A DNA stretch of 64,000 nt from Octopus sinensis (taxonomy: Eukaryota). Under the pieces are notes generated by a model. That model searched no databases, was not told the DNA's origin, and was given only the letters and a program-made list of their open reading frames with translations. Below are positions 1-12,409 of the stretch, piece by piece. Location: positions 81,530,001 to 81,594,000 of the forward strand of contig NC_043002.1 of NCBI RefSeq assembly GCF_006345805.1. Direction: 5' to 3'. Within the stretch, counting starts at the first letter, position 1. Every line of letters begins with the position of its first letter. A program made the translations under genes and the position numbers.

Positions 1-99
1 ATATATATAAGGAGAGAAGGAGAAAGAGATTCATTGATAGATAGATATCAACATAGAAGTATATATGCATATATAATATGTGTGTGTGTATTGATATGT

Positions 100-740
<641 letters not shown>

Positions 741-1294
741 ATATGTGTATGTTAAAGACCCACAGAGAGAGACAAGGTAAAAATTTTACTACGACAAATG
801 TTGAAACGGAACTTTAAGCAAACGACAAGACAAGAGGTTGAAATTAAATGAGTAGACAAAACGTAAATAAATAAACAGATATTGAAGAAAGAAGTTAATA
901 TAAGAGAGAGTCGGAGAGAGAGGGCAAAGGTAATGAAGAGAGAAGAGAGAGAACGTGGCCAACAGAGAGACAGACAGGTTAATGGTGGGCAGAGTCGGAG
1001 AGAAATGAGGTAAATAGATAGACAGTATAAGAGTACATTTAATGAAGAGACAGTAACAAGTAAATAGAGAGGTGTTTTGAGACGGTATGTGGTTTGTGAC
1101 AGAGATAGGCAAGGAGATGGGGAGAGAGAGACAGAGACAATAAGAGAGACGCGGTGATGGTGGTTAGAACTAGAAAGTAGAATAACAAACAAAACCGTGG
1201 AGAACAAATCTAGACTGATTTTTCTCATTTCACAATTCTGTAAATCATCTGTAATGTTTCTTTCTTTGCACATACACACATACACGCACACACA

Positions 1295-1338
<44 letters not shown>

Positions 1339-1691
1339 ACACACACACACACACGCACACATAAGCGTATTCATGTGTGTACGTATATACTTGTATGTAT
1401 ATATACATGAATTTATAAGTATATATACGTGTGTGTGTGTGTGTGTATGTATATTAGTTTAAAGACACGCATATGCAGAAGTGTGTGTATGAATATGCAC
1501 ACAAATACATACATACATAAATATAATGTATATACACACTCAGATACACACTCACACACAAATACATGTGTTTGTTGATATACGTAGTGTCTGTGTATGT
1601 CTAAGTCTCTATAAAAATATATGCATATATATATATGTGTGTGTGTATGTATGTATATATTTGTATTTATATATATGTGTGTGTATATATA

Positions 1692-1747
<56 letters not shown>

Positions 1748-1899
1748 CACATGCATATGTATCTATGTATATGTTTATGTGCGTATAGGGACACACATAC
1801 ACACGCACGTCAATAATGGATTCTGAGAGATATGTGGAAAGTGGTAAATGATATGAGTGGAACTTATCGAAATAATTATTTCCAAATTAAACCGCAACA

Positions 1900-2600
1900 A
1901 TAAGCCAAACAACAACAACAACAACAACAACCAAACAACAACAACAACCAAACAACAACAATGAAAATGAAGTCTGTGACAACGTTACCGCAATATTAAC
2001 CAACTGTACCACCACCAACACCACCACCAACACCGCCAACACCTCTACCACCAGCACCAAAGTCACGGCCACCACCAATTCCATCACCAACGCCACTAAC
2101 ACCGACATCGCCACTACCACCACCAGCACTACCACTACCAACACCACCAATACCATTAGCACCAACATCAACACCAACACCACCACTGACATCACCCCTC
2201 CAACACCACCATTATCACCACCACCACCAACACCAACACCACCACCACCAACAGCAGCATCACCTTCTGCAGAACCACCGCCATCACGATCTTCAATATG
2301 AACGTAAAACAAAGACCAATATCAGGAACCTCGTCACCAGCAGCAACACCAGCAACAGCAATAACAACAACAACAACAACAACAACAATAACAACAACAA
2401 CAACAGCAACAACAACAACAACAGCAACAACAACAACAAAACTGCAATTCCATCAACAGCAGCCCCATCGCCATCAGACCAGTAAGCAACATCACGATTA
2501 CTGCAATAACCAGAAAACGAAATATCGGTAACCACTACAATGGCAGCAACAACGACATTAAGAAAACCAAAATTACTACCAAAAACAACAACAACAACTA
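1900..2600. repeat. Degenerate (CAA)n/(CAC)n/(CAG)n trinucleotide region
   Basis: Tandem CAA/CCA/CAG arrays read directly. Confidence 0.9.
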
Positions 2601-2945
2601 TTATTGTAATTTTTATCTGGCGATAGTTTGTTGACATTTTCCCTGTATTTCTAAACAATTTAATCATCAAATTTATTTCTAATTCATCTTGTCTAAAAAT
2701 AATTGTAAATTTATAAAAAGACTCTTGCATTGCTTATTACTTCATTTCTGTGGTTTGTATTGCGAGAAAGAGAGAGGGGTGAAGGAGAGACAGAAAGACA
2801 GAGAGAGGGGGGGAAAAGGAGGTGAAGGATTAATAGGGAGATAGAGAGGGATAGAGAGAGTAGAGCCAGAGTGGAGAGGAGAATATGGGACCGATGGGAG
2901 GAGTACAGAGAACTAGCGAGAAAGATTGACAAATAGAGAGTGTGT

Positions 2946-2976
<31 letters not shown>

Positions 2977-3282
2977 TGGTGAGAGAGTAAAGGGGAAGTG
3001 TGAGGTAAAAAAGGGTAAAGAAGTAGAGATAAGGTTGATATAGAGGGGTAGTGAAAGAGAGAGTAAGAGAGAGAGAGGGGGAGACAGAGATGGAAAGGGA
3101 AACGGTGAGAAAACGGAGAGAAGAAACGCCGAAGAGAGAATAAGAGACGGAGTACCAAATAGAAAGAGATAGAGAGAGAAAGTGAATGAAAGAGGAAAGG
3201 AGATGAGAGAGAGGAGCAGGAAAGAAGCAGTGATAAATATACAGAAGAATGAGAACAGAGAAAGGGTGAAATTGAGAGTAAA

Positions 3283-3283
3283 A

Positions 3284-3319
<36 letters not shown>

Positions 3320-3500
3320 AGAAAGAAGAACAGGAAGGAAGGAAAGAAAGAAAGAAGGAAAGAAGGAGAAAAAGAAGGAAGGAAGAAGGAAAGAAGAAAG
3401 AAAGAAAGAAAGAAAGAAGAAGAAAGAAAAAGGAAGGAAGGAAAGAAAGAAAGAAGAAAGAAAGAAGAAAGAAAGAAGAAAAAAGAAAGAAAGAAAAAAA

Positions 3501-3572
<72 letters not shown>

Positions 3573-3600
3573 AAAAAAGAAAGAAAGAAAGAAAGAAAGT
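3283..3600. repeat. (GAAA)n/(GGAA)n purine-rich microsatellite
   Basis: Direct reading. Confidence 0.95.
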
Positions 3601-3874
3601 GCGAATGAAGGAGAAGAATATTTTCTATTGATTTGACTTTAAGACATTATTCTTTCTTGGAAAGAGAGTAAGAAGTGCTGCCTTTTGTGTCTATGCATTT
3701 GCGTGTCTGCTTGTGTCTGCTTGTTTATTCTGTTGTGTATGTGTGTGTGTGTGTGTGTGTTGCTGTATGCATTTGCTTACTTATGTGTGTACGTTCTATT
3801 TAGATGTACGTTCATCTTTCCATATATACACATATTAATATACTATATATATATATATATATATATAAGTTAAT

Positions 3875-4080
3875 CCAAACAAGAAAGCACAAAAAACACA
3901 ATAACGCGAGGACGTGGAACAAATATAGTATTATTGGACGCTCAGAAAGAAGGAAAGAAGGAGGGTTTAACGTTTCGAGCGGAGCTCTTCGTCGGAAACA
4001 TAGGGGAAGGAAAGATCCGAGAAGGGAAGACAGAGGGAAAAAAATCGCCAACGGTACACACGAGGTCACATTTTGAAAGA
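3875..4080 (-). mobile_element. Short non-autonomous repeat carrying a minimal hammerhead-like motif (family F2), 3' end running into (TA)n
   Basis: Homologous plus-strand copy at ~57715-57915; contains the HHR-like motif at 3965-3999. Confidence 0.7.
3965..3999 (-). ncRNA. Minimal type I hammerhead-like motif, U4C core variant
   Basis: Minus strand GTTT-CCGACGA-A-GAGC-tcc-GCTC-GAAA-CGT-T-AAAC: stem I GTTT/AAAC, stem II GAGC/GCTC, palindromic helix III ACGT. Confidence 0.6.
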
Positions 4081-4377
4081 CCGGAAATATATATATATAT
4101 ATATATATATATAGGGGTACCGCTAGCATGGGGAGCATCTGTCTTATCATTAATGGTGCGAAACTGAGTAGTACCATCTGGTTGATAACTGATGAAGAAA
4201 TAGGGACCTTCAGTTTTTGTTTTCTGTCCGTTTGTGCACTCAGTATACGTTTTTCCGTTCGTCTGTGCATTCATTATACGTTTTTCTTTTTTCACTTTTC
4301 GTTTGTGCATTTACTATACATTTTTGCATTTACTAAGAATCGGAACGCAATGCACCCTGGTTTTTATTAACAGTAAG

Positions 4378-4415
<38 letters not shown>

Positions 4416-4417
<2 letters not shown>

Positions 4418-4590
4418 TAGAGCTAAGCATTCGTGTCTCAGGAAATGTTACCCTCAAGACCCTCCAGACCTCTGCACCCACAAGTGCTTGCGAAGAAAAT
4501 GAAGTGGAAGAATCCATCCAATAGCTAGAGAAAACGCAAACTCCACTTACTCCGTAATGATAGGTGACTTCACTGAAAGGTCGGGAAAAT
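4416..4590 (+). pseudogene. RTE-type LINE AP-endonuclease fragment
   Basis: Translates to ...TLQTSAPTSACEENEVEESIQ* and YSVMIGDF, matching the LINE APE motifs (I/V)QVYAPTS..EEVEEFY and IGDFN; interrupted by a stop and a frameshift. Confidence 0.7.
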
Positions 4591-5662
4591 TATTAGCATT
4601 TGTGCATTTTTCCTTTTAATGCGCAAATTATTAGCTATTATAGTGAAAAAGAATTTACATCAATTCGATAGCTACATAAACTGTAAGATGTATAAAGTAA
4701 ACAAAAATAGCAAGTTTACAAATATTAATACTTAACGTTTTACTGCGTTTGAAGATTTAGGTTGTTACGAATTCTAATATTTTTCAAATATAATTGTTTG
4801 TAATGATTTAACATTATAATCATTAAAAAAAATATAACTAAGCAAGAAGTATATATATTTATATATATATGTTCATTTTAAAAGGAAGTGAAAATGAATG
4901 CTGAAAATTTTTCGACAAATATTCGATTGTTATTCTATTGTAAGAATCAGGAGAGAGATATATTTTTAGAATTTCTATAAAATAATATAGCTATACAATA
5001 ATCTCTTATTCCTTATCAATTCTGGCATATATTATGAAAATAAACGAGTGTTTTCTGCTATTTCAATTTTAGATATTAAATTATTTTGTCTACATATTTT
5101 AATTCAAAATGTTGGTGTTGCTTCAATTTGATCAACATTCATTAATTGTTAACGATTTGAACGTACCACGAAATTGTAGGAGACGCAAGTTGGTAATTTA
5201 CGAAGTTCAGTGAGGTCAAACGAAGTACAAGGTTTTGTAATTTTAATTGCGCTTAATTTAAATTAAAATCTTAATTAAAAGCCTTTCTATTGAAACTGGG
5301 AATAAGATATTCATAAGTGATAACAATAAAATATAGCATTATTTGACAACAAACCATTCTTCACTCGATACAAAATTATACTGAAATTTAACCTAATACA
5401 CTTGGTCAAACAGCTAAACTTAAACAACTAGGTTGATCAAAAAAGTTAAAATCTTGATTTTTAAGTATTGTAGGATATAATCCTTCGTCGTATAGATACA
5501 AGACGTAAAATTTTCGCGGGAGGATTCTAGTCGATTACATTGACCTCAGTGTTGCGAAAGAAAGAAAGCGAAGACGAATGCTGAACATTTTTCAACAAAT
5601 ATTCGATTATTTATATTATCTATATTCGACAGAAAATATTTGTCCCCATCTTGTTAGTTGTT

Positions 5663-5708
5663 AACACACTGTTTCGGCTGATATAACCTCCGGCCTTCTT
5701 CAGGTGTC
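5663..5708 (-). ncRNA. Type I hammerhead motif (F1), helix III degenerate in this copy
   Basis: Minus strand GACAC-CTGAAGA-A-GGCCG-gaggttatat-CAGCC-GAAAC-AGT-GTGTT. Confidence 0.6.
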
Positions 5709-5756
5709 TTGGGGGAAATTTTGAACCTGGGTTCTCATTCCTAAGGTATTTTTCGA

Positions 5757-5787
<31 letters not shown>

Positions 5788-5798
5788 GCTATTGTTCA

Positions 5799-5870
5799 GG
5801 TCACTGCTTGGAATCAAGCTTGGAATCTTGGGGTTAGTAGCCCGCGCTCTTAACCACTACGCCATATGCT
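5799..5870 (-). promoter_or_regulatory. tRNA-Thr(AGT)-like Pol III internal promoter head
   Basis: Minus strand gcatatggcgtagtggttaagagcgcgggctactaaccccaagattccaagcttgattccaagcagtgacc; A box TGGCGTAGTGG (5854-5864), degenerate B box, 7-nt loop CT-ACT-AA; colinear with eukaryotic tRNA-Thr(AGT) as I recall it. Not a functional tRNA. Confidence 0.7.
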
Positions 5871-5893
5871 CGTGGGCAATTATGGAGTGAATT

Positions 5894-6103
5894 TTAGGCA
5901 ATTATGGTGTGAATATCCTTCCTTAATACCGGTTCCCATATGCTGCTCATATCTGCACTCGGTCTGCTTAGGAGGTTGTTGTGTCCTAGCATATGTGCTG
6001 CTTCTTTTAGTTTTCGTATTTTCCAGTGATATTCTCTGTCAATTATTTTAACTTTATCGAACAGGGGGAGGTGGTTTCCATTTTTCCATATATAATCAGC
6101 TAT
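5894..6103 (-). pseudogene. C-terminus of a Penelope-like GIY-YIG endonuclease ORF (5'-truncated)
   Basis: IADYIWKNGNHLPLFDKVKIIDREYHWKIRKLKEAAHMLGHNNLLSRPSADMSSIWEPVLRKDIHTIIA*; matches the PLE EN C-terminal pattern (H..W..V.I(I/L)DRE..W..RK.KEA.HI ... S.IW.PVL). Confidence 0.8.
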
Positions 6104-7051
6104 ACATAATTCCTCATCTCTTAAATATTCGATTGTAATTCTATTGTAAAAATCAGAAGGATATATTTTTAGAATTTCTATAAAATTATATAGCTATACA
6201 ATAATCTCTTATTCCTTATCAATTCTGACATATATTATGAAAACAAACGAGTTTTTCTGCTATTTTAATTTTAGATATTGAATTTTTTGTCTACGTATTT
6301 TAATTCAAAATGTTAGTGTTGCATCAATTTGATCGACAACGTATGAAAGAAAAACTAACTGAAAGTTTGGGAACAAACATGGCCGTTTAGGACAAAACTA
6401 TGAAAATTTTTTAGACAAACAAAGGGTTTAATAGATTTTGTGTTTTGTGACGTGTGAGTCAACTTATATGAGATCGAGGACGTTCGGCCATATTAACTGA
6501 TATCAGCAGACAATTCTGTTTCGGAGCTAGACATATGGTTGACAAAACTGTCAAGATGTTCCTTCTTTTTCATAGGTTTCGGCTGGTTTTGTTTCAGAGT
6601 TATTCACATGTTAAGTAGTGTTGGCACAAAAATTCGTGCTTTTCTTTTTATTTTGAATACAAATTTCAACATGTGCTACGGATGTCTACAGGATTTTTGG
6701 CTCTATATGTCTGAATAAATCATGTCTTTTAAGGTGTCTCAATTCACGTTCGGTTGGCAAAATACGAAGCTAATATAATGTCACCTAGTAAATTAATTTC
6801 AATTATTTGTAGATATCTAATTGAGCATAAACTCGGGATCATTTTCTTCTGTCACTGCCTCGTTGCGGTGACGATAATCATACATAATATCATAATATCC
6901 ATTTATATATATATGTGGACTAACACCTGCTCTATCGGAGGTTGAACTTTTATGCTTCTTTTTTACACTTTTTCTTCATTTCGTTATTCCCTTTCTTCTG
7001 TCCTCTATGTCATTGTTTCATTAATCTATACCCATCAAATTTTCCTAATTT

Positions 7052-7107
7052 GTCTCCGATGACGAAATATCCCATACTTTGGGATATCCCAGAAACAGCT
7101 GTAAGAC
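7052..7107 (+). ncRNA. Type I hammerhead-like motif (family F5) with 8-nt palindromic helix III
   Basis: GTCT-CCGATGA-cgaa-ATATCCCA-tactt-TGGGATAT-ccca-GAA-ACAGCTGT-A-AGAC; stem I GTCT/AGAC; base of stem II partly mismatched. Confidence 0.6.
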
Positions 7108-7762
7108 TTTGAATCTTTCCAATAATAATAACGTATATGACTTGATATGTTTGTCTTGCCTTAATGTTTGCTGTCCTCTTTAATAATTGTATATCCGCTA
7201 TATCGGAAATCTACAATGGATCCATAACCCCCGTCTCGGCTATGACCTTGGTGCCCTGGTAATCCATTACAGCACTTACCCAACGTACCTAGTCTCGCGA
7301 TGGAGTAGTAACCACAAGTAGTGGCTTGCGATGGAGTAGTGACCACCAGTATATCACAACATGCCTTGTGACACATTGAAGTGGTTACTACACCCTGGCA
7401 AGCCACGACTCACAGAAAGGAGGCGTACGCAGCCGAGTATTTGAGTTTACGGAAAGCAGAAGCAATATTTATATATCAGCTGAGGAAACATAACAAGATC
7501 TCATAATGAAGGGAGGCGATTACATAACCAAATATCTGTGAAACTGGAGAACTACGTTGTATCGAAACAATTGTAGCGATTACAAATAAATGTTCCTCTG
7601 TACCCTTTCTTTCTGGACTCCAACCTATACAGTTGACCATTCACACACTACAAAAACCACAACGCAAATCTGGCAGTTGTTATAGTACTATTGCTGGATA
7701 GCACCGGGTGAAATCTGAAGATGGACGAGCGTTATACTGTACGTTTTTAACAGAATATAACA

Positions 7763-7854
<92 letters not shown>

Positions 7855-8400
7855 TGTGTGTGTGTGTGTACATATATATATATAAATGATTATATTCATA
7901 AGGTACATATATATATAGGGTGGCGAATACTCGTTATAAATATCACCACCAGTCGCCTAGCATGCATAAAAAGTCAATAGACAACGTATTCGTATTTCAA
8001 AATAGAAAATTACCCTTTAACGGGTAATTTTACATGCTAGAAATAGCAGCCATCACGGCCAAAAACCACAATTTTATAGCAAATTTTGAAGTAAATGAAA
8101 AATAAAACCTTTACCTTGTTATATAACGGTTATATCATGGTTTCAGATTTCTTTAGCAAATAATATCCGTTGCCATCTTTTAGCAAGACCATATTATCTA
8201 CCAGGCGAATCCTCGTCAGTAACCGGCCTAAACAACTAACTTATAATTCAGAGACAAGATAACACGTATCCCATCATTATATGCTATGTATATATTTGTG
8301 TGTGTTTCCCCAACATTATGTGCATTAACTTCTACGTTTATGGTTCCTTGTGCATGCAAAAGTATGCATATACATGTCTAAATTTTTCATATCACTCACA

Positions 8401-9331
8401 GATATGTTTCTTTATTAGCCACACAGGGCTGCACACAGATAGAACAAATTACAAGGTAGAGCTTTTCTTTTGGGGGTAAAAAAAGGAGAGTGGTGGTTTT
8501 CGATCAAAAGGGATCGTAAAAGGAAAGAAAAAGGACAAAAAAAAGGGGAGGGGTTAAAAAAAGGGGGGGGAGACAAAAAAATGAATAATAGGGATCGTTA
8601 TCACAGAAATGTCAATATGAAGTGTAAAGGGGAGGACAGGTGAGGTTTACCCGTGGAAAGAAAAGCCTACGGAAAAGACCACGGTAACCTCGGTCAATGA
8701 AGTCACATGTTATATTTCTTTTTTTTTTTTTGCAAATAAGCAACTCTCTGTATTAATTTTTACGGTTCATAGAATCATAGTCAAGGTGGCTTCGTCATTC
8801 ATACGTGCCATCCTTGCTACATTCACCCATCTTTTTTAAAACATTCACTAGACAATACTTGCCTCTCTACTCTCACTTTCCTCTTCAAGTGATACTTGAA
8901 GAAGTTGATGAGAGATTGACCAGAGAGGAAAGTGTTTGTCTCTAATCCTTTCAGGCGCGTCCACCAGATACATTCTTTCGCCATAGCCACAAGTATGATA
9001 AAAATAGCTCTTCCTTCCCGTTTGAAGGAAGGAGGCGTGACGATATTAACGATAGACTCGGCTGATAAACCGACACGTCCCACACGTGACAGCAGTCGTT
9101 CGACATAAGCCCACAGGTCGGAAATTGCTGGACACTGCACGAGTGCGTGCAGAGCGGTTTCGTCGCTCTGACCGCATCTCGGGCAGGTCGGCCCCGTGTT
9201 TCTCGAGCCATGCCTATAGAGCTTATCCCGAACGGGTAGCGCTTCTCGGTAGCACCGCCAGGCCAGGGATCTCTGGAAGTTGTCCATAGGTCCCGGGCCG
9301 AAAGTCGTTTGAAACAGGCGGATCAGGTATT
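8401..9331 (-). mobile_element. Tx1/L1-clade LINE 3' fragment (ORF2 C-terminal zinc-knuckle region + 3' UTR)
   Basis: ORF 8823-9287: FQRSLAWRCYREALPVRDKLYRHG...TCPRCGQSDETALHALVQCP (C-x2-C...H-x4-C, zf-RVT-like); homologous copies at 22770-23100 and 25130-26023. Confidence 0.85.
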
Positions 9332-9335
9332 CCTG

Positions 9336-9432
<97 letters not shown>

Positions 9433-10126
9433 TGTTCCTGTTGTTACGGAATAAAAATTTTAGCGATTGGTCGTAGTTACTCATGGCTTCTTCAGAGAGA
9501 ACCTTTGGCAAGTACAACGAAGCAGAACCTTCATGATTGATATGGATGGGAGAGCAACTCAGGATACCCAAATTATTGTAACATAGTAGATTCTTCCATG
9601 ACTACAAACCACCCCCATGAAAAACACGCAACTGGGTTGCCATGTGAAACTGGATGTCGGATTAATTGTGCCACAGAATATAGTCTGCATGCTTTCATGA
9701 GATTTCGCACAAATTTTCATGTTTAATTTATCTTTATATTAGATAAATTCAACATGTATATACATGAGTGCATGTACCTATGTATGTATGCATGTATGTA
9801 TGTATGTATGTATGTATGTATGTATGTATGTATGCATGTATGTATGTATGTATGTATGTATGTATGTATGTATGTATATGTACGTACGTACGTATGTATT
9901 TATGTATGTATGTATGTAAGTATGTATGTATGTATGTATGTATGTATTTATGTATATGCGTACGTTAATAACGAACTAGCAGAATTAATGACCAATTAAT
10001 GAGTTTACACACTGGCGAAAATCAATCAACATTTATCCATCCATAATTCGAATCACAAATGACACTTCGCTACTGTAGCAGATGCGAGTGTAATAAATAT
10101 CTATCTATCTATATATATATATAAAT

Positions 10127-10230
10127 AAAAAAAGGAAAATATATGTATTTTTCTTTTTTAATTTCTTATATACATTACAACTCACCACGCGGGGATAATC
10201 GAAATTCCTCTTTTCTGTTACTACTACTAC

Positions 10231-10292
<62 letters not shown>

Positions 10293-10392
10293 GTAGTAGT
10301 AACAGAAAGAGGAATTTCGATTATCCCCGCGTGGTGAGTTGTAATGTATATAAGAAATTAAAAAAGGAAAATACATATATTTTCCTTTTTTT
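10127..10392. repeat. Near-perfect ~265 bp palindrome centred on (TA)n
   Basis: 10127-10233 is the reverse complement of 10290-10392 apart from small homopolymer/repeat-count differences. Confidence 0.9.
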
Positions 10393-10512
10393 CATTTTCT
10401 CATATATATATATATACTGTTGTGTCTGGGGAGAGTCATTCTCTTTTAGTGCCTTATTATTTATATTATTTATATCTAATATAAAGAATCTTGCAAACCA
10501 AATCCAGAAACG

Positions 10513-10578
<66 letters not shown>

Positions 10579-11042
10579 AAAATAATTATAATCGCTGGTA
10601 TTACTAACACAAGCCATATATTTTTCATATATCAGTACATTAAGGCGAAATATGTGCTAGGAATACAGAAGCTTGATAAATAAGTGAAATGAAGATAAAA
10701 ACATTTACTAAACCGGTAATTCTCAGACTGCAGTTTCTTTCTTTTCAGCAATAAAGATAATTTATTTGCCCAGGGAGAATTCTTCAGTGAGACCCTGTTT
10801 TTCTGGGATCCTAACTCACTAGAAGCATGTGCGTCTAATGAATTACTCTCCCTAACTAATCATATCACTGCGCAGACTCCGAACGTCCCGACAACACTAG
10901 GGAATTCTGGTATATCGCCTGGCATATATATATATATGTATGTATGTATATGACATACAGATATGCATGTGTGTGTATGTGCGTGATAACTTGCCAGTAA
11001 ATCCCGTGCACTCACAGGTGAATATCAGAGCAAGAAGGAACT

Positions 11043-11123
<81 letters not shown>

Positions 11124-11126
11124 TGC

Positions 11127-11164
<38 letters not shown>

Positions 11165-11249
11165 GGATACATATATACACATACATATACATACACACAT
11201 TCCACACACACACATTCATATATACATATAGTATCTCTCTATACCATAT

Positions 11250-11525
11250 GAGTGTGTGTAGCCTAGTGGTTAGGGTGTTGCCCTCACGATTGCAAGATCA
11301 TGCTTTCGATTCCCGTACGATTTGATGCATTGTGTTCTTCTCATTTTGCTCTACCATCACTTCAGCATCTGACGCGCGGCACATCGTGCATCTGCACTGG
11401 CAATGTCTCTTTGATGGAAGGAATAAGCTGAAATACAGCACAAATATTTGATGACTATAAACAAACCATTTGTGCAAGTTGCTCAGCTAGAAATTGCGGA
11501 ACCCCCATCTGTTGTTTAAGACAGG
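11250..11525 (+). mobile_element. Degenerate tRNA-headed SINE
   Basis: tagcctagtggttagggtgttg...tcacgattgcaagatc...ttcgattccc head shared with SINEs at 12410, 19927 and 30790. Confidence 0.65.
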
Positions 11526-11897
11526 AGAGTTACTTTTGTGCATGTGTGTGCATGTATGTATATGTGCATGTGTACATGTGTGTATGTGAGTGAATCTGCA
11601 AGTGGTATTTCTCTCATTCGAAGGAAAGTTATATAAGGCCAAAAAAAAATTAACTTTCTACTCTAGCATTGAGAGATGGATACATGATTGCTCAGAATAA
11701 ATGTGGAAAATAAAACCTTAAATAATGCAATTGCTGTAATGAATCTCTTGTGCATAGACACAAACGCATACACACTCACATATATATATGTATGTGTGTG
11801 TTTGTATAAATGTATGTATGTATCTATGTATCTATGTATATGTGTCTGTGTATGTAAGCATCTATTTATTTACATGTATATACATACACATATATAC

Positions 11898-11938
<41 letters not shown>

Positions 11939-11975
11939 CATACGTATATATATACATATATAATATATATATATT

Positions 11976-12028
<53 letters not shown>

Positions 12029-12409
12029 TATATATGCGTGAGTGAGTATGCGCGCGCGCGTACAAGATACATCTGTACACACATACACATCATCGAACAT
12101 ACAGCTATCACATGTTCTCACACACATGAGCATACACACACATGAGCACACACACACAAACACACATGCACACACACACATACACACACACACACGTTCT
12201 CTTCATTCTATCTTTATTGTTTTGAAATTATCAACGTAACATTGACAACATGTCTGCCAGAAAAGTGTGAGTAGCAGTCATAGGTGATTAATAGATCACG
12301 TTTAGCCAATATGACTACTGAATAGATACTAGCTTAGTGTTAACGTGGAATAGTGGCTACCATTTTCATACAGTGCATGGCATGCTGCTTTCTTTCGATT
12401 CTCCTTAAA

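Larger units (their letters stand above)
5609..6122 (-). mobile_element. 5'-truncated Penelope-like element (family F1): GIY-YIG C-terminus + tRNA-derived segment + (AAT)n + hammerhead, with a short inverted 3'-terminal piece
   Basis: 12-bp TSD aaatattcgatt (5597-5608, 6123-6134); GIY-YIG-like ORF end at 5894-6103; terminal sequence tacataattcctcatctcttaaatat inverted at ~6103-6128. Confidence 0.8.
4896..6337 (+). repeat. Diverged ~240 bp direct duplication (4896-5136 vs 5576-5608 + 6123-6337), second copy split by an insertion
   Basis: gaatgctgaa...aaatattcgatt...caatttgatc is present twice; aaatattcgatt occurs once in copy 1 and twice (flanking the insert) in copy 2. Confidence 0.9.

Noticed and set aside
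4150-4200. GAAAC...GTA...CTGATGA order suggesting a permuted (type II) hammerhead; similar text at 50447-50485
   Set aside because: Stems I and II do not pair adjacent to the core, and the homolog at 57480-57530 lacks the core.
5799-5870. Functional tRNA gene
   Set aside because: The B box/T arm and anticodon stem are degenerate and the sequence is embedded in a retroelement; reported only as a tRNA-derived head.
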